Source: a virus. Taken from it: a DNA stretch of 64,000 nucleotides. The notes under the pieces were generated by a model. That model was given only the letters and a program-made list of their open reading frames with translations, was not told the DNA's origin and made no database searches. How positions within the stretch are numbered: the stretch's first letter is position 1; each line of letters starts with the position of its first letter. Of this stretch, positions 12,600-22,992 are shown in pieces. The stretch spans positions 1-64,000 of the IMG/VR virus record IMGVR_UViG_3300024999_000048; one strand, 5' to 3'. The position numbers were made by a program, and so were the translations under genes.

Positions 12600-12794
12600 A
12601 TGGGAATCACATCAGAATACAATGATAAATTAAAATCCTGCCCATTCTGTAAAGGAGTATCACATTTAACCCATGTAGAATTTAATGATGGAGATGTTTG
12701 GTATAATCCTAATTGTTCTAAATGTTTTGGTGGTTGGAATGAAAACTTTGAAACTAAGGAAGAAGCAATTGAAGCGTGGAATAAAAGAGTTTAA
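12600..12794 (+). CDS. Lar-family restriction alleviation-like Zn-ribbon protein
   Basis: LKSCPFC...C..C...TKEEAIEAWNKR signature. Confidence 0.7.
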   Translation: MGITSEYNDKLKSCPFCKGVSHLTHVEFNDGDVWYNPNCSKCFGGWNENFETKEEAIEAWNKRV

Positions 12795-12809
12795 AAGGAG
12801 GAAAAGAAA

Positions 12810-13151
12810 ATGTCTCAATGTTTAAGATGTGGACATTGTTGTAAAGGTTATTTATGTTTTGTGCTAAAATATGAATCAAGTAACTTATCTCCTGATTTTC
12901 TGGAAACTATAAACGAAGATCATTTAGAGGATTATATAATTGACAACATAGAAGAACAAGGGGCTATTTGTAAATGGTTGACTGTAGATGAGCAAGGACT
13001 ACATAGTTGTTCTGCTTATGAAAGAAGGTCTAGTATGTGTAGAGATCATAATTCTTTGATTGGGATATGTAGAGTTGGTCAGGCGTATTGGAATGACAAA
13101 GAGGATATTCCTGAAGAAATTAGAAGCATATTAGGAGAAAGAGGGAAATAA
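12810..13151 (+). CDS. YkgJ/CxxCxxCC-family metal-binding protein
   Basis: CLRCGHCC...CKWL...CSAYERR..MCR pattern. Confidence 0.7.
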   Translation: MSQCLRCGHCCKGYLCFVLKYESSNLSPDFLETINEDHLEDYIIDNIEEQGAICKWLTVDEQGLHSCSAYERRSSMCRDHNSLIGICRVGQAYWNDKEDIPEEIRSILGERGK

Positions 13152-14253
13152 TATGAAATTAATTGATATCGCAAATAAAATTGATAAATCTAACAAGAAT
13201 GAATCTTATGTGGATATAGAAAATTTTAGTTCAGAGTTTGACTTCGAATTTGGATTTAACCTACAACAAGATAGGATTAAAGCCTACTGGATTGGAAATT
13301 GGTACTGCACAGACTCCTATGTAGGTTATAGAATGTATTTCTTAGATAATGAACCAGTCGCAGTCTCTACTCAAGCAGGAAGAAAAAGTGATGAGGAATT
13401 CGAATGGTTTAGTAAGGAGTTAGCTTCGAAAGTTAAGGATTATTTAATATCTCTTATGTCAAATGAATTGCACATTAAACTATGTGATATTAATGATGAT
13501 ATAGGAGATAGTTTTAAAATTTCGTTTAATGGTGAAATATTGAATCCAAAAAGAGCAACTTATAATGGTGAACCAATTGAAATATTAGAAAGAATAAAAG
13601 ATAATCCAGATTGGGATATTGATGAGTTATTAACAGTTAAATTACCTAATGGTAAAGTAACAATTTTGAATGTGAATGATTTAGATTTTAAGTTTAACTT
13701 AATGGAAGGAGAAAATGTAAAATGAGTAAAGTAAATATGAGAGTAGAATTTGAATCAACCCCAGTTAGGCATCTTGCCATTCAATGTCCGGAGTGTAAAA
13801 ATTGGTTTTATGGTTATGATATTAGTGATAGCGAATCAAGATATGAACATCAATTACAATTTATGATTTGTTCTTGTCCTAAGTGTAATCATGATTTTGA
13901 ATGCAAAGATGTAAATATTGAAGAATGTGGTCATCCAGAAGTCTATAGAGGTGTTCTTAAAAAGAAAGTTGAAGTTGAATGGATTTAAAACTTAAAAGAG
14001 AGGAGTTGATTTAATTGAATATGTCTTGCTTTTTTGGATTTCATAATTGGAAATATGATACTAAAGGAATCGTAAGCAATGGAAGTGAAGTGTGTCAATT
14101 TTATCGTTGTACAAAGTGTCCAATGGTAAAAGAAATTGATACTAGGCCAGGATTAACAAATGGATCATACAAAACATATCATAAAAACAAACCAAGATAA
14201 AATAAATTATCGTTATGAGAGGATGTGGTTAATTTGATTGTATTAAGTCTTGT

Positions 14254-15033
14254 TTGCATAAATATAATAAATTGAGGAGATGTATTAACGTAGAAGATTT
14301 AACTGGAAAAGTATTTGGTAAATTAAAGGTGATTGAAAGAGATTACACTAAAAAACACAAGACAGCAGAATACTATAGGTGTGAGTGCAAATGTGGAAAT
14401 AAAAACTATATAGTTACAGCCAAACGATTAATAGAAGGTAGAAGATCATGTGGTTGTATAAGAAAATTTAAAGGATTCAACGATTATAAAGTAAATGGAG
14501 AAACCACAACAATTTATTTTACAAATAAGATGGATGAAATAATTATGGAGGGTTATATAGATACAGAGGACTTACCTAAACTTATAGAACAGAATTTACC
14601 TTGGAGTGCCGGATGGGATCATTGTATTCAAGATTATTACGCAAAAGCCACGGAATATTACACAGACGACGATGGAAAAAGAAAAGCCATATTGCATTGT
14701 TTACATAGAGAAGTAACTAACGCAGAGAAGGGTACTCATGTTGATCATATAGAACATAAGCTTCATAGTTCTCTTGATAATAGAAAAATAAATTTAAGGG
14801 TTACTATACATGAGAAAAATAGCAAAAATAGAAAGAGTAAAAGCTCAAATAATAAGAGTGGGTTTAGAAATGTTTTTTGGGATTCAACTGACGAGAGATG
14901 GTTGGTTATGCTTCAAGTAAATAAAAAACAAACATGTTTTGGCAGGTTTAAATTTGAAGACTTAGATAAAGCAGGTATACGTGCGGAAGAAGCAAGGCAA
15001 GAGATATACAAAGAATTTGCAGGATTAAATTAA
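14254..15033 (+). CDS. HNH-AP2 type homing endonuclease-like protein
   Basis: N-terminal DLTGKVFGKLKV..CECKCG..SCGC, central VDHI..LDNRK.NLR, C-terminal AP2-like KSGFRNV.W...W...FG.F. Confidence 0.75.
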   Translation: MHKYNKLRRCINVEDLTGKVFGKLKVIERDYTKKHKTAEYYRCECKCGNKNYIVTAKRLIEGRRSCGCIRKFKGFNDYKVNGETTTIYFTNKMDEIIMEGYIDTEDLPKLIEQNLPWSAGWDHCIQDYYAKATEYYTDDDGKRKAILHCLHREVTNAEKGTHVDHIEHKLHSSLDNRKINLRVTIHEKNSKNRKSKSSNNKSGFRNVFWDSTDERWLVMLQVNKKQTCFGRFKFEDLDKAGIRAEEARQEIYKEFAGLN

Positions 15034-15059
15034 TATATAATATTAATACATATTTTATA

Positions 15060-15092
15060 ATCAGTTACTATAGTATATAATAGTAACTGATT
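15060..15092 (+). terminator. Hairpin
   Basis: ATCAGTTACTAT...ATAGTAACTGAT perfect 12-bp inverted repeat after the HNH-AP2 gene. Confidence 0.45.
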
Positions 15093-15469
15093 ATATCCAA
15101 ACAAATAACAAATTTATCCTATAATTTGAAAAGAAATAGTAAGGAGAGTGTACATATGAGAGATGTAGAAACCATAATCAAAAACAGAAATAATTTAAAA
15201 GAAGCTACTCGTAAAATTAAAATTAGAGTATCAGAAATAAAAGGAAATACAAAGTATTGGAAAGAGATGTCGATGGAAAATCAGATTATTTGTGATAAAT
15301 TGGAAAGGTTGAAAATTCATTATCTTAACCAAATGAGAGCGTTAAATTTTGTACTAAATGAAGATGATAAGTTAGAAACTTATAAATATGATACTATTTT
15401 TGCTGGATTCGATGAACTTTTCGCCGATCTTAATGTAAGATGAAGTAATAAATAATATTCCAAAATACA

Positions 15470-15498
15470 TTGACTTGTACTAATATATTGACTATAAT
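15470..15498 (+). promoter_or_regulatory. SigmaA-type promoter of the helicase gene
   Basis: TTGACT-17 nt-TATAAT. Confidence 0.7.
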
Positions 15499-15556
15499 AA
15501 GACTATCAAAAGGTGGTTATATTATAGTCAAATATATTTTAAGGAGTGTTCACAAA

Positions 15557-17800
15557 ATGAAAGATATTAAACTTTATCCTCACAATCAAGAAACTTACGA
15601 TAAGATCCAAGAACTATGGAAAATTGAAAACAAAGTTGCAGCAGTTCAGGCCACAGGCACAGGCAAATCATATTTGATACTAAAGTGTGTCTATAACGCT
15701 CCTGAAGCAAACAAGGTCATTCTAGCCCCTTCTAATTACATATTGGAGCAAATAGAAAAAGAAGCTGGAGAACAATTACCAAACACTAAATTACTGACCT
15801 ATTCTAAATTATCATTCATGAATGATGCAGAAATCGAATCTTTAAATATTAGTTATATTTTTCTTGATGAATTTCATAGATGCGGAGCTGAGCAATGGGG
15901 AGATGGAGTTCAAAGATTATTAAATACATTCCCTAATGCAAAAGTATTAGGTACTTCTGCCACTCATATTAGATTCCTAGACAATGCTAGAAATATGGGA
16001 GAAGAATTATTCAATGGAAATATTGTTAATAATTTAAGTCTTGCCGAAGCAATTGTAAAGAAAATATTACCCATGCCTAAGTATATCAGTGCATTATACA
16101 CATTTGACGATGAGGTAAATAATCTTAAAACTAAAGTAGAAAACAGTAAGAATGATGAAGAATCAAAAAAACAAATGCTAAAAGAAATTGAAACAATGAA
16201 GAATAAATTAAATAAAAGTAAAGGAATACCTAATATTCTAAAGAAACATTTATCTAAAAATTATAATGGTAAATTTATTATATTCTGTAAAGACAAAGTT
16301 CATTTAGATGAAATGAAAGAAACTGTTGTAGAATGGTTTAAGCAATCAAAAGTTACAAAAGAAGTTAATGTTTATTCTGTTTATAGCAATTATGAATATG
16401 GTAATGCAGAAGTTGAGGCTTTTATTGAGAATAAAAATCCTAAATCAGTTAAGCTTTTATTTAGCATTGAAATGTTCAATGAAGGAATTCATATTGAGGA
16501 TGTGACAGGGGTTATTTTATTAAGACCTACTGTATCACCTATTATTTACTATCAGCAAATTGGAAGAGCTATGCAAGCTGGAAAGAATAACACACCAGTT
16601 ATATTTGACTTGGTTAATAATTTTGATAATATCGGTGCTAAGAATTTTGTTGAAGATTTGGAGAAGGAAGTTAAGAAAGAAAACGATAAGTTAGATAAAG
16701 ACGATGATAAAAATGATGGTGAAGAGAAAAGGTATATTGATATTTCTGAGTTTATGATTTTTGATGAAACTCTTGAAGCTATGGATTTATTTAGTAAAAT
16801 TGAAGAAAACTTAATTGATAATTGGGATGCTAGATATGAACAATTAGAAGATTTTATTTCTAAAAATGGGCATAGTGATGTATCTAGAAATTATAAAGAT
16901 TTTATTTTTTATTGTTGGGTTAGAACACAGCGACAATCTTACAAACAAGGAATACTCAATATTGATAAAATTAAAAAACTTGATAATCTAGGTTTTATAT
17001 GGAATGTTCTTGAATATAACTGGGAAAATATGTACAATCAATTAGAAGAATTCTTCGTCAATAATAAACATAGTAATGTTGTAGTGGTTAATAAAAATGC
17101 ATTGGGTATTTGGGTAGCTAGGCAAAGATTAATTTTTAAAAGTGGTTCAATGAGTATTGAAAGAATAGAAAAATTAAATATGTTGAATTTTAGATGGAGT
17201 ATAGATGAAAATGAAGAATGGGAGAAATCATATGTTTTATTAAAAGATTATTATTTAAAAAATGGAAATTTATTAGTAAAACATGAAAATGAAAAACTTT
17301 ATACATGGATAATAACTCAAAAAAAAAGATATAAAAAAGGTACATTAGAAAATGAAAGGATAACTAAACTAGAAAGCATCGGTATATATTGGAATAATTT
17401 AGAGGCAAATTGGAATGAAATGTATAAGAATTTAATTGGATTTAAAAATGAATATGGAGATATGACCATACCTATAAAAGATAAAAGATTACAGATTTGG
17501 GCTTCCACACAAAGAGAAAATTTTAAAAAAGAGAAGATTTCTCAAGATAGAATAAATTTATTAAATGATATTGGATTTGTATGGAACTTAACCGACAAAT
17601 ATGATACACAATGGGATGATATGTATTGTTTACTTTCAGATTATATGAATATTTTCAAAAATTGTAAGATTAAACATACTTTTGTTTATAAAGATAAAAA
17701 TTTGGGCTTATGGGTAAGGAGGCAAAAACAACAATACAAAACTGATAAATTATCAAATGATAGGATACAAAAACTAAATGATATTGGTTTTATTTGGTGA
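15557..17800 (+). CDS. SF2 (DExH) helicase with C-terminal helicase-associated (HA) repeats
   Basis: ATGTGKS Walker A, DEFH, SAT and QQIGR motifs; about 5 repeats of W..MY..L..F...G...W...QR...RI..L..IGF.W. ATG 15557 follows AAGGAG. Confidence 0.85.
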   Translation: MKDIKLYPHNQETYDKIQELWKIENKVAAVQATGTGKSYLILKCVYNAPEANKVILAPSNYILEQIEKEAGEQLPNTKLLTYSKLSFMNDAEIESLNISYIFLDEFHRCGAEQWGDGVQRLLNTFPNAKVLGTSATHIRFLDNARNMGEELFNGNIVNNLSLAEAIVKKILPMPKYISALYTFDDEVNNLKTKVENSKNDEESKKQMLKEIETMKNKLNKSKGIPNILKKHLSKNYNGKFIIFCKDKVHLDEMKETVVEWFKQSKVTKEVNVYSVYSNYEYGNAEVEAFIENKNPKSVKLLFSIEMFNEGIHIEDVTGVILLRPTVSPIIYYQQIGRAMQAGKNNTPVIFDLVNNFDNIGAKNFVEDLEKEVKKENDKLDKDDDKNDGEEKRYIDISEFMIFDETLEAMDLFSKIEENLIDNWDARYEQLEDFISKNGHSDVSRNYKDFIFYCWVRTQRQSYKQGILNIDKIKKLDNLGFIWNVLEYNWENMYNQLEEFFVNNKHSNVVVVNKNALGIWVARQRLIFKSGSMSIERIEKLNMLNFRWSIDENEEWEKSYVLLKDYYLKNGNLLVKHENEKLYTWIITQKKRYKKGTLENERITKLESIGIYWNNLEANWNEMYKNLIGFKNEYGDMTIPIKDKRLQIWASTQRENFKKEKISQDRINLLNDIGFVWNLTDKYDTQWDDMYCLLSDYMNIFKNCKIKHTFVYKDKNLGLWVRRQKQQYKTDKLSNDRIQKLNDIGFIW

Positions 17801-17824
17801 TTTTGCTATTATCCAAATACTTAT

Positions 17825-17893
17825 AATCCTGTAACCCTACTCTCAAGCCACTTTCAAAATCTCAATACCCTATAAAAATTGCATTTTAATTGA
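17825..17893 (+). repeat. Palindromic site CCCTATAAAA-ATTGCA-TTTTAATTGA with upstream accessory arm
   Basis: AATCCTGTAACCCTACTCTCAAGCCACTTTCAAAAT ends 7 nt before the site; related to the arms at 27585, 58443 and (reverse) 481-527. Confidence 0.75.
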
Positions 17894-18200
17894 AGTTGGC
17901 ATTTTGTAATATTTATGTTAGTATAAATACAGAAATAAATTTATTAGGAGGTACATAAAAATGGCTTCAATTGCAAGAGAAAATCATATTGCTTCTATTA
18001 ACTCCTTACTCATAAAACATGGTGCTGTTTTAGACAGATATGGTACATATCGAATTGGAGATTATAAATTTGATACTAGGGCTGTAAACTTAAAAATCCA
18101 TCATGGTAAAATCAAAATCAAATCAGTTCCTATGATGAAAGTTACTTTAGAATCTCTAGAAAGACTATTAAAAAATTTATGCAAAGGAGATTGAAAGCTG

Positions 18201-18744
18201 ATGAATCAAACAATATCTAAATACAATGGTTTAACATTCAATGATTCAATTGCAAGAAAATTCTCAAGAAGAGAAAATAATAATTGCTACACATACGCCA
18301 TTAATCAACTTAATAACCCATACACCAATAAACCTTATAGAGATTATGATTATTGTCAACCAGGATACTTAGGAGGAAAAGGTAAAGATTCTTGGAGAGA
18401 TTACGAAGATATAGAAATAACAAGCAAAGAGATACTTAATTCTGCAAGGAGAGATTTAAGACGTTTAGGTTATAAATTACTTAAGACAACATATGAAAAA
18501 TATATTGCAGATAATGATTGTTGGAAAGTCGCATTTTTGTATGGCAGATGATGATTATCATTGGTATAGACAAAATGATGATGGAACATGGTCACATAAA
18601 GTAGGCCCATATGGCGTAACAAACAAAGACAGGAGTAGAAAAGTAATATATAATCCAAAGGAGTGTAATAGAGGTAAATACACAACATTTGTAGGGTTTT
18701 ATTTAATTAAGAAGATTGAAGGAGTTGAAAATAAATGTGTTTAA
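18201..18744 (+). pseudogene. Frameshifted protein with NCY...DYHWYR...WSHK motifs (possible Cys-His hydrolase)
   Basis: Two overlapping ORFs join at the T5 run 18534-18538 (KVAF/CMADDDYHWYRQ). Confidence 0.6.
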
Positions 18745-18860
18745 TAAATGCTTCGAAACAATGGATTAAATCTATTATCCAATTACATTTTAAACGAGAA
18801 CGATTTTCTTCTTATCATACTAAATGGAAAGATAATTATTTTACAAAGGAGATGTTTTAA

Positions 18861-19145
18861 ATGAATGAAGCAGACAAAAATCTTGAGAATTTTAAAGAAG
18901 TTCAAAAGCAATTAATCGAACTATTAAAAGAAGAAACATTAGATAATATTTAACAAAAATTAGATAATTCAGAAGATGAAGCTAAAGAATTATGGAGATG
19001 GGTGTTGAGCGCAAAAATTTACTACGATTCTATATGTCCATGGTGCGAAGGTGGCAAATATGTATTAAATCCTTCATATACTTGTGCAAATGATTTATTA
19101 ATTGTCTGTTCTGAATGTAATGGAACTGGAAAGAAGATTTTTTAG
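18861..19145 (+). pseudogene. Zn-finger hypothetical gene with in-frame TAA
   Basis: ATG 18861 after AAGGAG, TAA at 18951; the frame continues to CPWC...CSEC.G.G and TAG 19145. Confidence 0.6.
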
Positions 19146-19584
19146 GTATCAATGTATTGAACTATGTAATGAAATTCTTAGCGAAGACAATATAAATAAA
19201 AAGGAGATGTTTTAAAATGAATTTAGTTTACTGTGCAGAACTAATAATTACTCCATACGCTATAAATACGGATAAACATTTTTATGGAGCATTTGGAAAT
19301 TCGGAAACAGAAATTTCTGCAAAACATATTGTAAGATTAGCACAGAAAAAAGAAGGATGGTATCCTTTTACATTAGAAGAGATTGAAGCACAATACAATG
19401 AAACTGGGCATAAATATTTTTGTTTTAATGAATTATTATCAAGAGATTTCATTATTAAAAAAGAAGGTAAATATTATTTTACTTCTGAATTCATATCAAG
19501 AGTTTTTATGACTAGTAGAAAATAAAATTACCATTCTATTCTGTGTAAACTATAAGATAATTAATATGAAAGAGGGAAAATTAA

Positions 19585-20115
19585 ATGATTTTTATTGTAA
19601 TTGGAGCAATTATAGGTTTATGCATAGGAGTGTTTTGGGCCTTAGACGATGCAGATTCTTTATTAGGTAGAATATGTTTATTATTAGTTACAACGCCTTT
19701 AGGAGTGATTGTAGGATGTATGATGGGTGTTCTAGTTGCTTGCTTAAATGGAGGAATTCTATATTTAGTAGATGTTCAACAAGAAAGAATTTTTATTCAA
19801 GAAAAAGCCATTTATACAGCAATAGACAACCAAGGTATAGAAGGTAATTTTGCATTAGGTTGTGGAAGAGTTAGCGATACTCTTAGATATTACTATATTG
19901 TTAAAGATGATCTGGGTCAAAAAGTAGAGTCAGCAAATTCTACAGATACTCATATAGTTAATACAAAAGATATTGCAAAAATAAAAACATATAAAACTAA
20001 TTTCAAAAATAAGAAATGGGTATTAATAGGTATTAATTTTAAAGAAAGCACTGATTATATATTGGAAGTTCCAGACAATACGGTTAAGTATGATTATAAT
20101 ATTGATTTAAAGTAA
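19585..20115 (+). CDS. Membrane protein, phage hypothetical
   Basis: Hydrophobic N-terminal helices followed by the GNFALGCG.V....YYY motif. Confidence 0.55.
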   Translation: MIFIVIGAIIGLCIGVFWALDDADSLLGRICLLLVTTPLGVIVGCMMGVLVACLNGGILYLVDVQQERIFIQEKAIYTAIDNQGIEGNFALGCGRVSDTLRYYYIVKDDLGQKVESANSTDTHIVNTKDIAKIKTYKTNFKNKKWVLIGINFKESTDYILEVPDNTVKYDYNIDLK

Positions 20116-20164
20116 TAAATATTTGTTATATTTATTCTATATAGAAAGGAGGTGATCATTATAA

Positions 20165-20389
20165 ATGAGAATGAAAGGATTTTCCCTAAATGATTTAGTC
20201 CAACTATTACAGAAATACAATTGGATAAGATTGCGTCAAAAAGGCTCTCACATTACATTTCAAAACATACATACTAAAAAATCTATTACACTTACAGATC
20301 ATGGAAAGTCAAAAGAAATTTGTAGGCCACTGGTAAAAAGGATATTAAAGGAAACTGGATTACTTGAGATTGCTTATTTTGGAATGTGA
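20165..20389 (+). CDS. hicA: HicA-family mRNA interferase (no adjacent HicB)
   Basis: L...W...RQKGSH..F...H...EI...L..ILK..GL signature. Confidence 0.8.
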   Translation: MRMKGFSLNDLVQLLQKYNWIRLRQKGSHITFQNIHTKKSITLTDHGKSKEICRPLVKRILKETGLLEIAYFGM

Positions 20390-20647
20390 TACTACATAAT
20401 GTAAAAATAATTTATTAAAGAATTTGGATTGTCTTATGGTTATAAAACTAAAAAACTCTAATATAATTATTCATAAGACTAAACATATTATTATGAGAAA
20501 GAGGGTGTCATAACCATGAGAATTAAAATTGTAATCATTGCTCTAATCGTCTTATCTGTCGCGGTGTATGTTAGTGCTAATGATGTGAATACGAACACTT
20601 ACAAGGGCAATGTGGGGCTTACTGTGAAGATTTAGAAAGGAGATGTA

Positions 20648-21217
20648 TTGCAGGTGCAAACAGTAGAACCAATTAGAGACAAGAATAAAATTGAGGAAAT
20701 GAAAGTCTACTTAAAATCTCAAAGTCTTAGAGACTGGGCGTTATTTGTATTAGGAATTAACTCAGGTTTAAGAATTAGTGATTTACTAAAATTTAATTTA
20801 TCTGATGTAGTAGATTTTAATGGAAAAATAAGAGATCGTGTTTCAGTAAAGGAAAATAAAACAAGTAAAACAAAAACCTTCCCATTTAGTTCAAACGTGG
20901 TCGATGCTTTGACTGAATATATTGCTTCACTACCATCCAATCAGACAGTCTTGTTTGGGTCTAGAAAGGGAGATAAAGCAATAACTAGACAAAGAGCACA
21001 TAGTATATTGAGTGATGCAGCAAAAGCAGTAGGCATAAAAGAACAAATTTCGACACATTCTTGCAGAAAAACTATGGGTTATCAGGCTTATATGGCAGGA
21101 ATTGATATTACCAGAATCCAGTCGATTCTTAATCATTCTAGTCCAAAGGAAAGTTTACGGTATATTGGGATTACAAGGGACGAGTTGGACGACATCTATA
21201 AACAACTAAATTTGTAG
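20648..21217 (+). CDS. Tyrosine recombinase, short catalytic-domain type (VEPIRD family)
   Basis: GLRISD (R), THSCRK (HxxR), LNHSS (H) and RYIG (Y) catalytic residues all present. Confidence 0.9.
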   Translation: MQVQTVEPIRDKNKIEEMKVYLKSQSLRDWALFVLGINSGLRISDLLKFNLSDVVDFNGKIRDRVSVKENKTSKTKTFPFSSNVVDALTEYIASLPSNQTVLFGSRKGDKAITRQRAHSILSDAAKAVGIKEQISTHSCRKTMGYQAYMAGIDITRIQSILNHSSPKESLRYIGITRDELDDIYKQLNL

Positions 21218-22305
21218 GAGGATTTATCCATGAGCGAAACAGAAATAATTATCCAAGCATATATTGATGGGTTGATTGATAGTTTGAATAGTGGACATAC
21301 CGCTATTAGAATACCTTCAATATTGCAAGCGTTAAGAGAAATTCAAAATATGGCAAGAAAGGAACGTAGAATCAAATGAAAGGTTTAATAATTCCACTGT
21401 TTGAAATAGTGGATATTCAAAAAGATCAGATTAAACTATATGAAAAACAAATAAATTTGTTAGAGAAGCAAAAGGAATTTTTACTTACAAAAATTAAAGA
21501 ATTGAATGTTGAACTTTATAAACAATTAACAGAAGAGAATGGAGATGTTAAAGACGATGAAGCAATTAACAAAACGTGAAAAAATATTAAAATATTATTA
21601 GAATGGAAGGATGATAATTAATGTTTGATAAAGAAATTGAAGAATTATTCAAAAAGAGAGATGACTTATTAGATCAAATAGTTAAAAGAGCAAATAAAAG
21701 AGATGGTCAAGGAGTACATGAAATTATTTGGGAGATTTGTGATCTTTGTGATAAGTTGAAAGAAACCTGTAAACAAAATTAAATTTAGAAAGAAGGAAGC
21801 AAAATGTTAACAAAACCTGAAGATGGATGGGTTAATGTCAAGTTAGAAGGATTCTCAGAAAGAGCAAGTTATATGACAGATATTCCAAATGATTGCATGG
21901 ATGCTTTCATATATTCTTTACAAAATAATTTACCTACTGTAATTTATTTTGATGCTGAAGGATGGGACTTTCATTTAGTTGCATCATGGTATCGAAGTTA
22001 TATTGTCTTAGATAAAGATGATGTGAAAGTATTTGTAATTAAAAAAGATTTATTTGAACTTGCAAAAGAATTATATGAAGACATCAACAATAATCTTAAT
22101 GATTGGTTGAATTGGGGTTATGCTGATGATGGAGAAGAGTTAAAAGAATATAGAAAAAAACTTATTCTAAAATTAAATACATTGGGAGAAGAACTTGCAA
22201 AAAGAGAAAAGTGAAATACCAGAAAATATTGATTTTATTTGGATAGTATTTATTCAACAAATATGTTATACTAATATATAAATAATTTTAAAAGGAGATG
22301 GTAAA

Positions 22306-22962
22306 ATGTATCCATTCTCAGCGCAAGAAATTTCTCATTCACCAGAAGAAAATGACATTATTGATTCTATCATATCTCAAATAAATCAAAAACAAATTCC
22401 AAATTCCTATCCTGAACACATGTTTAATAATATTAACAAATGGAGTTTACGTGATAAATTTATTAAACAAATGGGATTTTCTCTTGTGTCTTTGGATTGG
22501 ATTGTTCCTTTATCCAAATGGATAGGGAGTAGAAAATGTTTAGAAATTATGTCTGGTACAGGATCATTAAGTTTTGCATTAAAACAACAAGGCATTGACA
22601 TAAAGGCAACAGATGATTTTTCATGGAAATCAGAACATAGTTGGAATATTGATAATAATTATTGGACTGACATTGAAAATATTGATGCTATTGATGCGGT
22701 TAAAAAGTATGGCAAAGATATTAATGTTATAATTATGTCTTGGCCTTATATGGATGATAATGCTTATAAAGTTTTACAAGCAATGAGAGAAGTAAATCCA
22801 TTTTGCATAATGATATTTATTGGTGAGGGTTATGGTGGTTGTACTGCTAGTGATGAATTCTTTGATAATATTGTAGAAATTGAAGATGAAACATTTAGTG
22901 AAGCGATTAAGGAATATAAACAATGGTGGGGAATTCATGATTATCCTCAGTTGATTAAATAA
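22306..22962 (+). CDS. Class I SAM-dependent methyltransferase-like protein
   Basis: LEIMSGTG.LS motif I, ATD, DA.DAV, IIMSWP. Confidence 0.65.
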   Translation: MYPFSAQEISHSPEENDIIDSIISQINQKQIPNSYPEHMFNNINKWSLRDKFIKQMGFSLVSLDWIVPLSKWIGSRKCLEIMSGTGSLSFALKQQGIDIKATDDFSWKSEHSWNIDNNYWTDIENIDAIDAVKKYGKDINVIIMSWPYMDDNAYKVLQAMREVNPFCIMIFIGEGYGGCTASDEFFDNIVEIEDETFSEAIKEYKQWWGIHDYPQLIK

Positions 22963-22992
22963 GAATTGAAATTAGAAGGAGAATGATTAATA

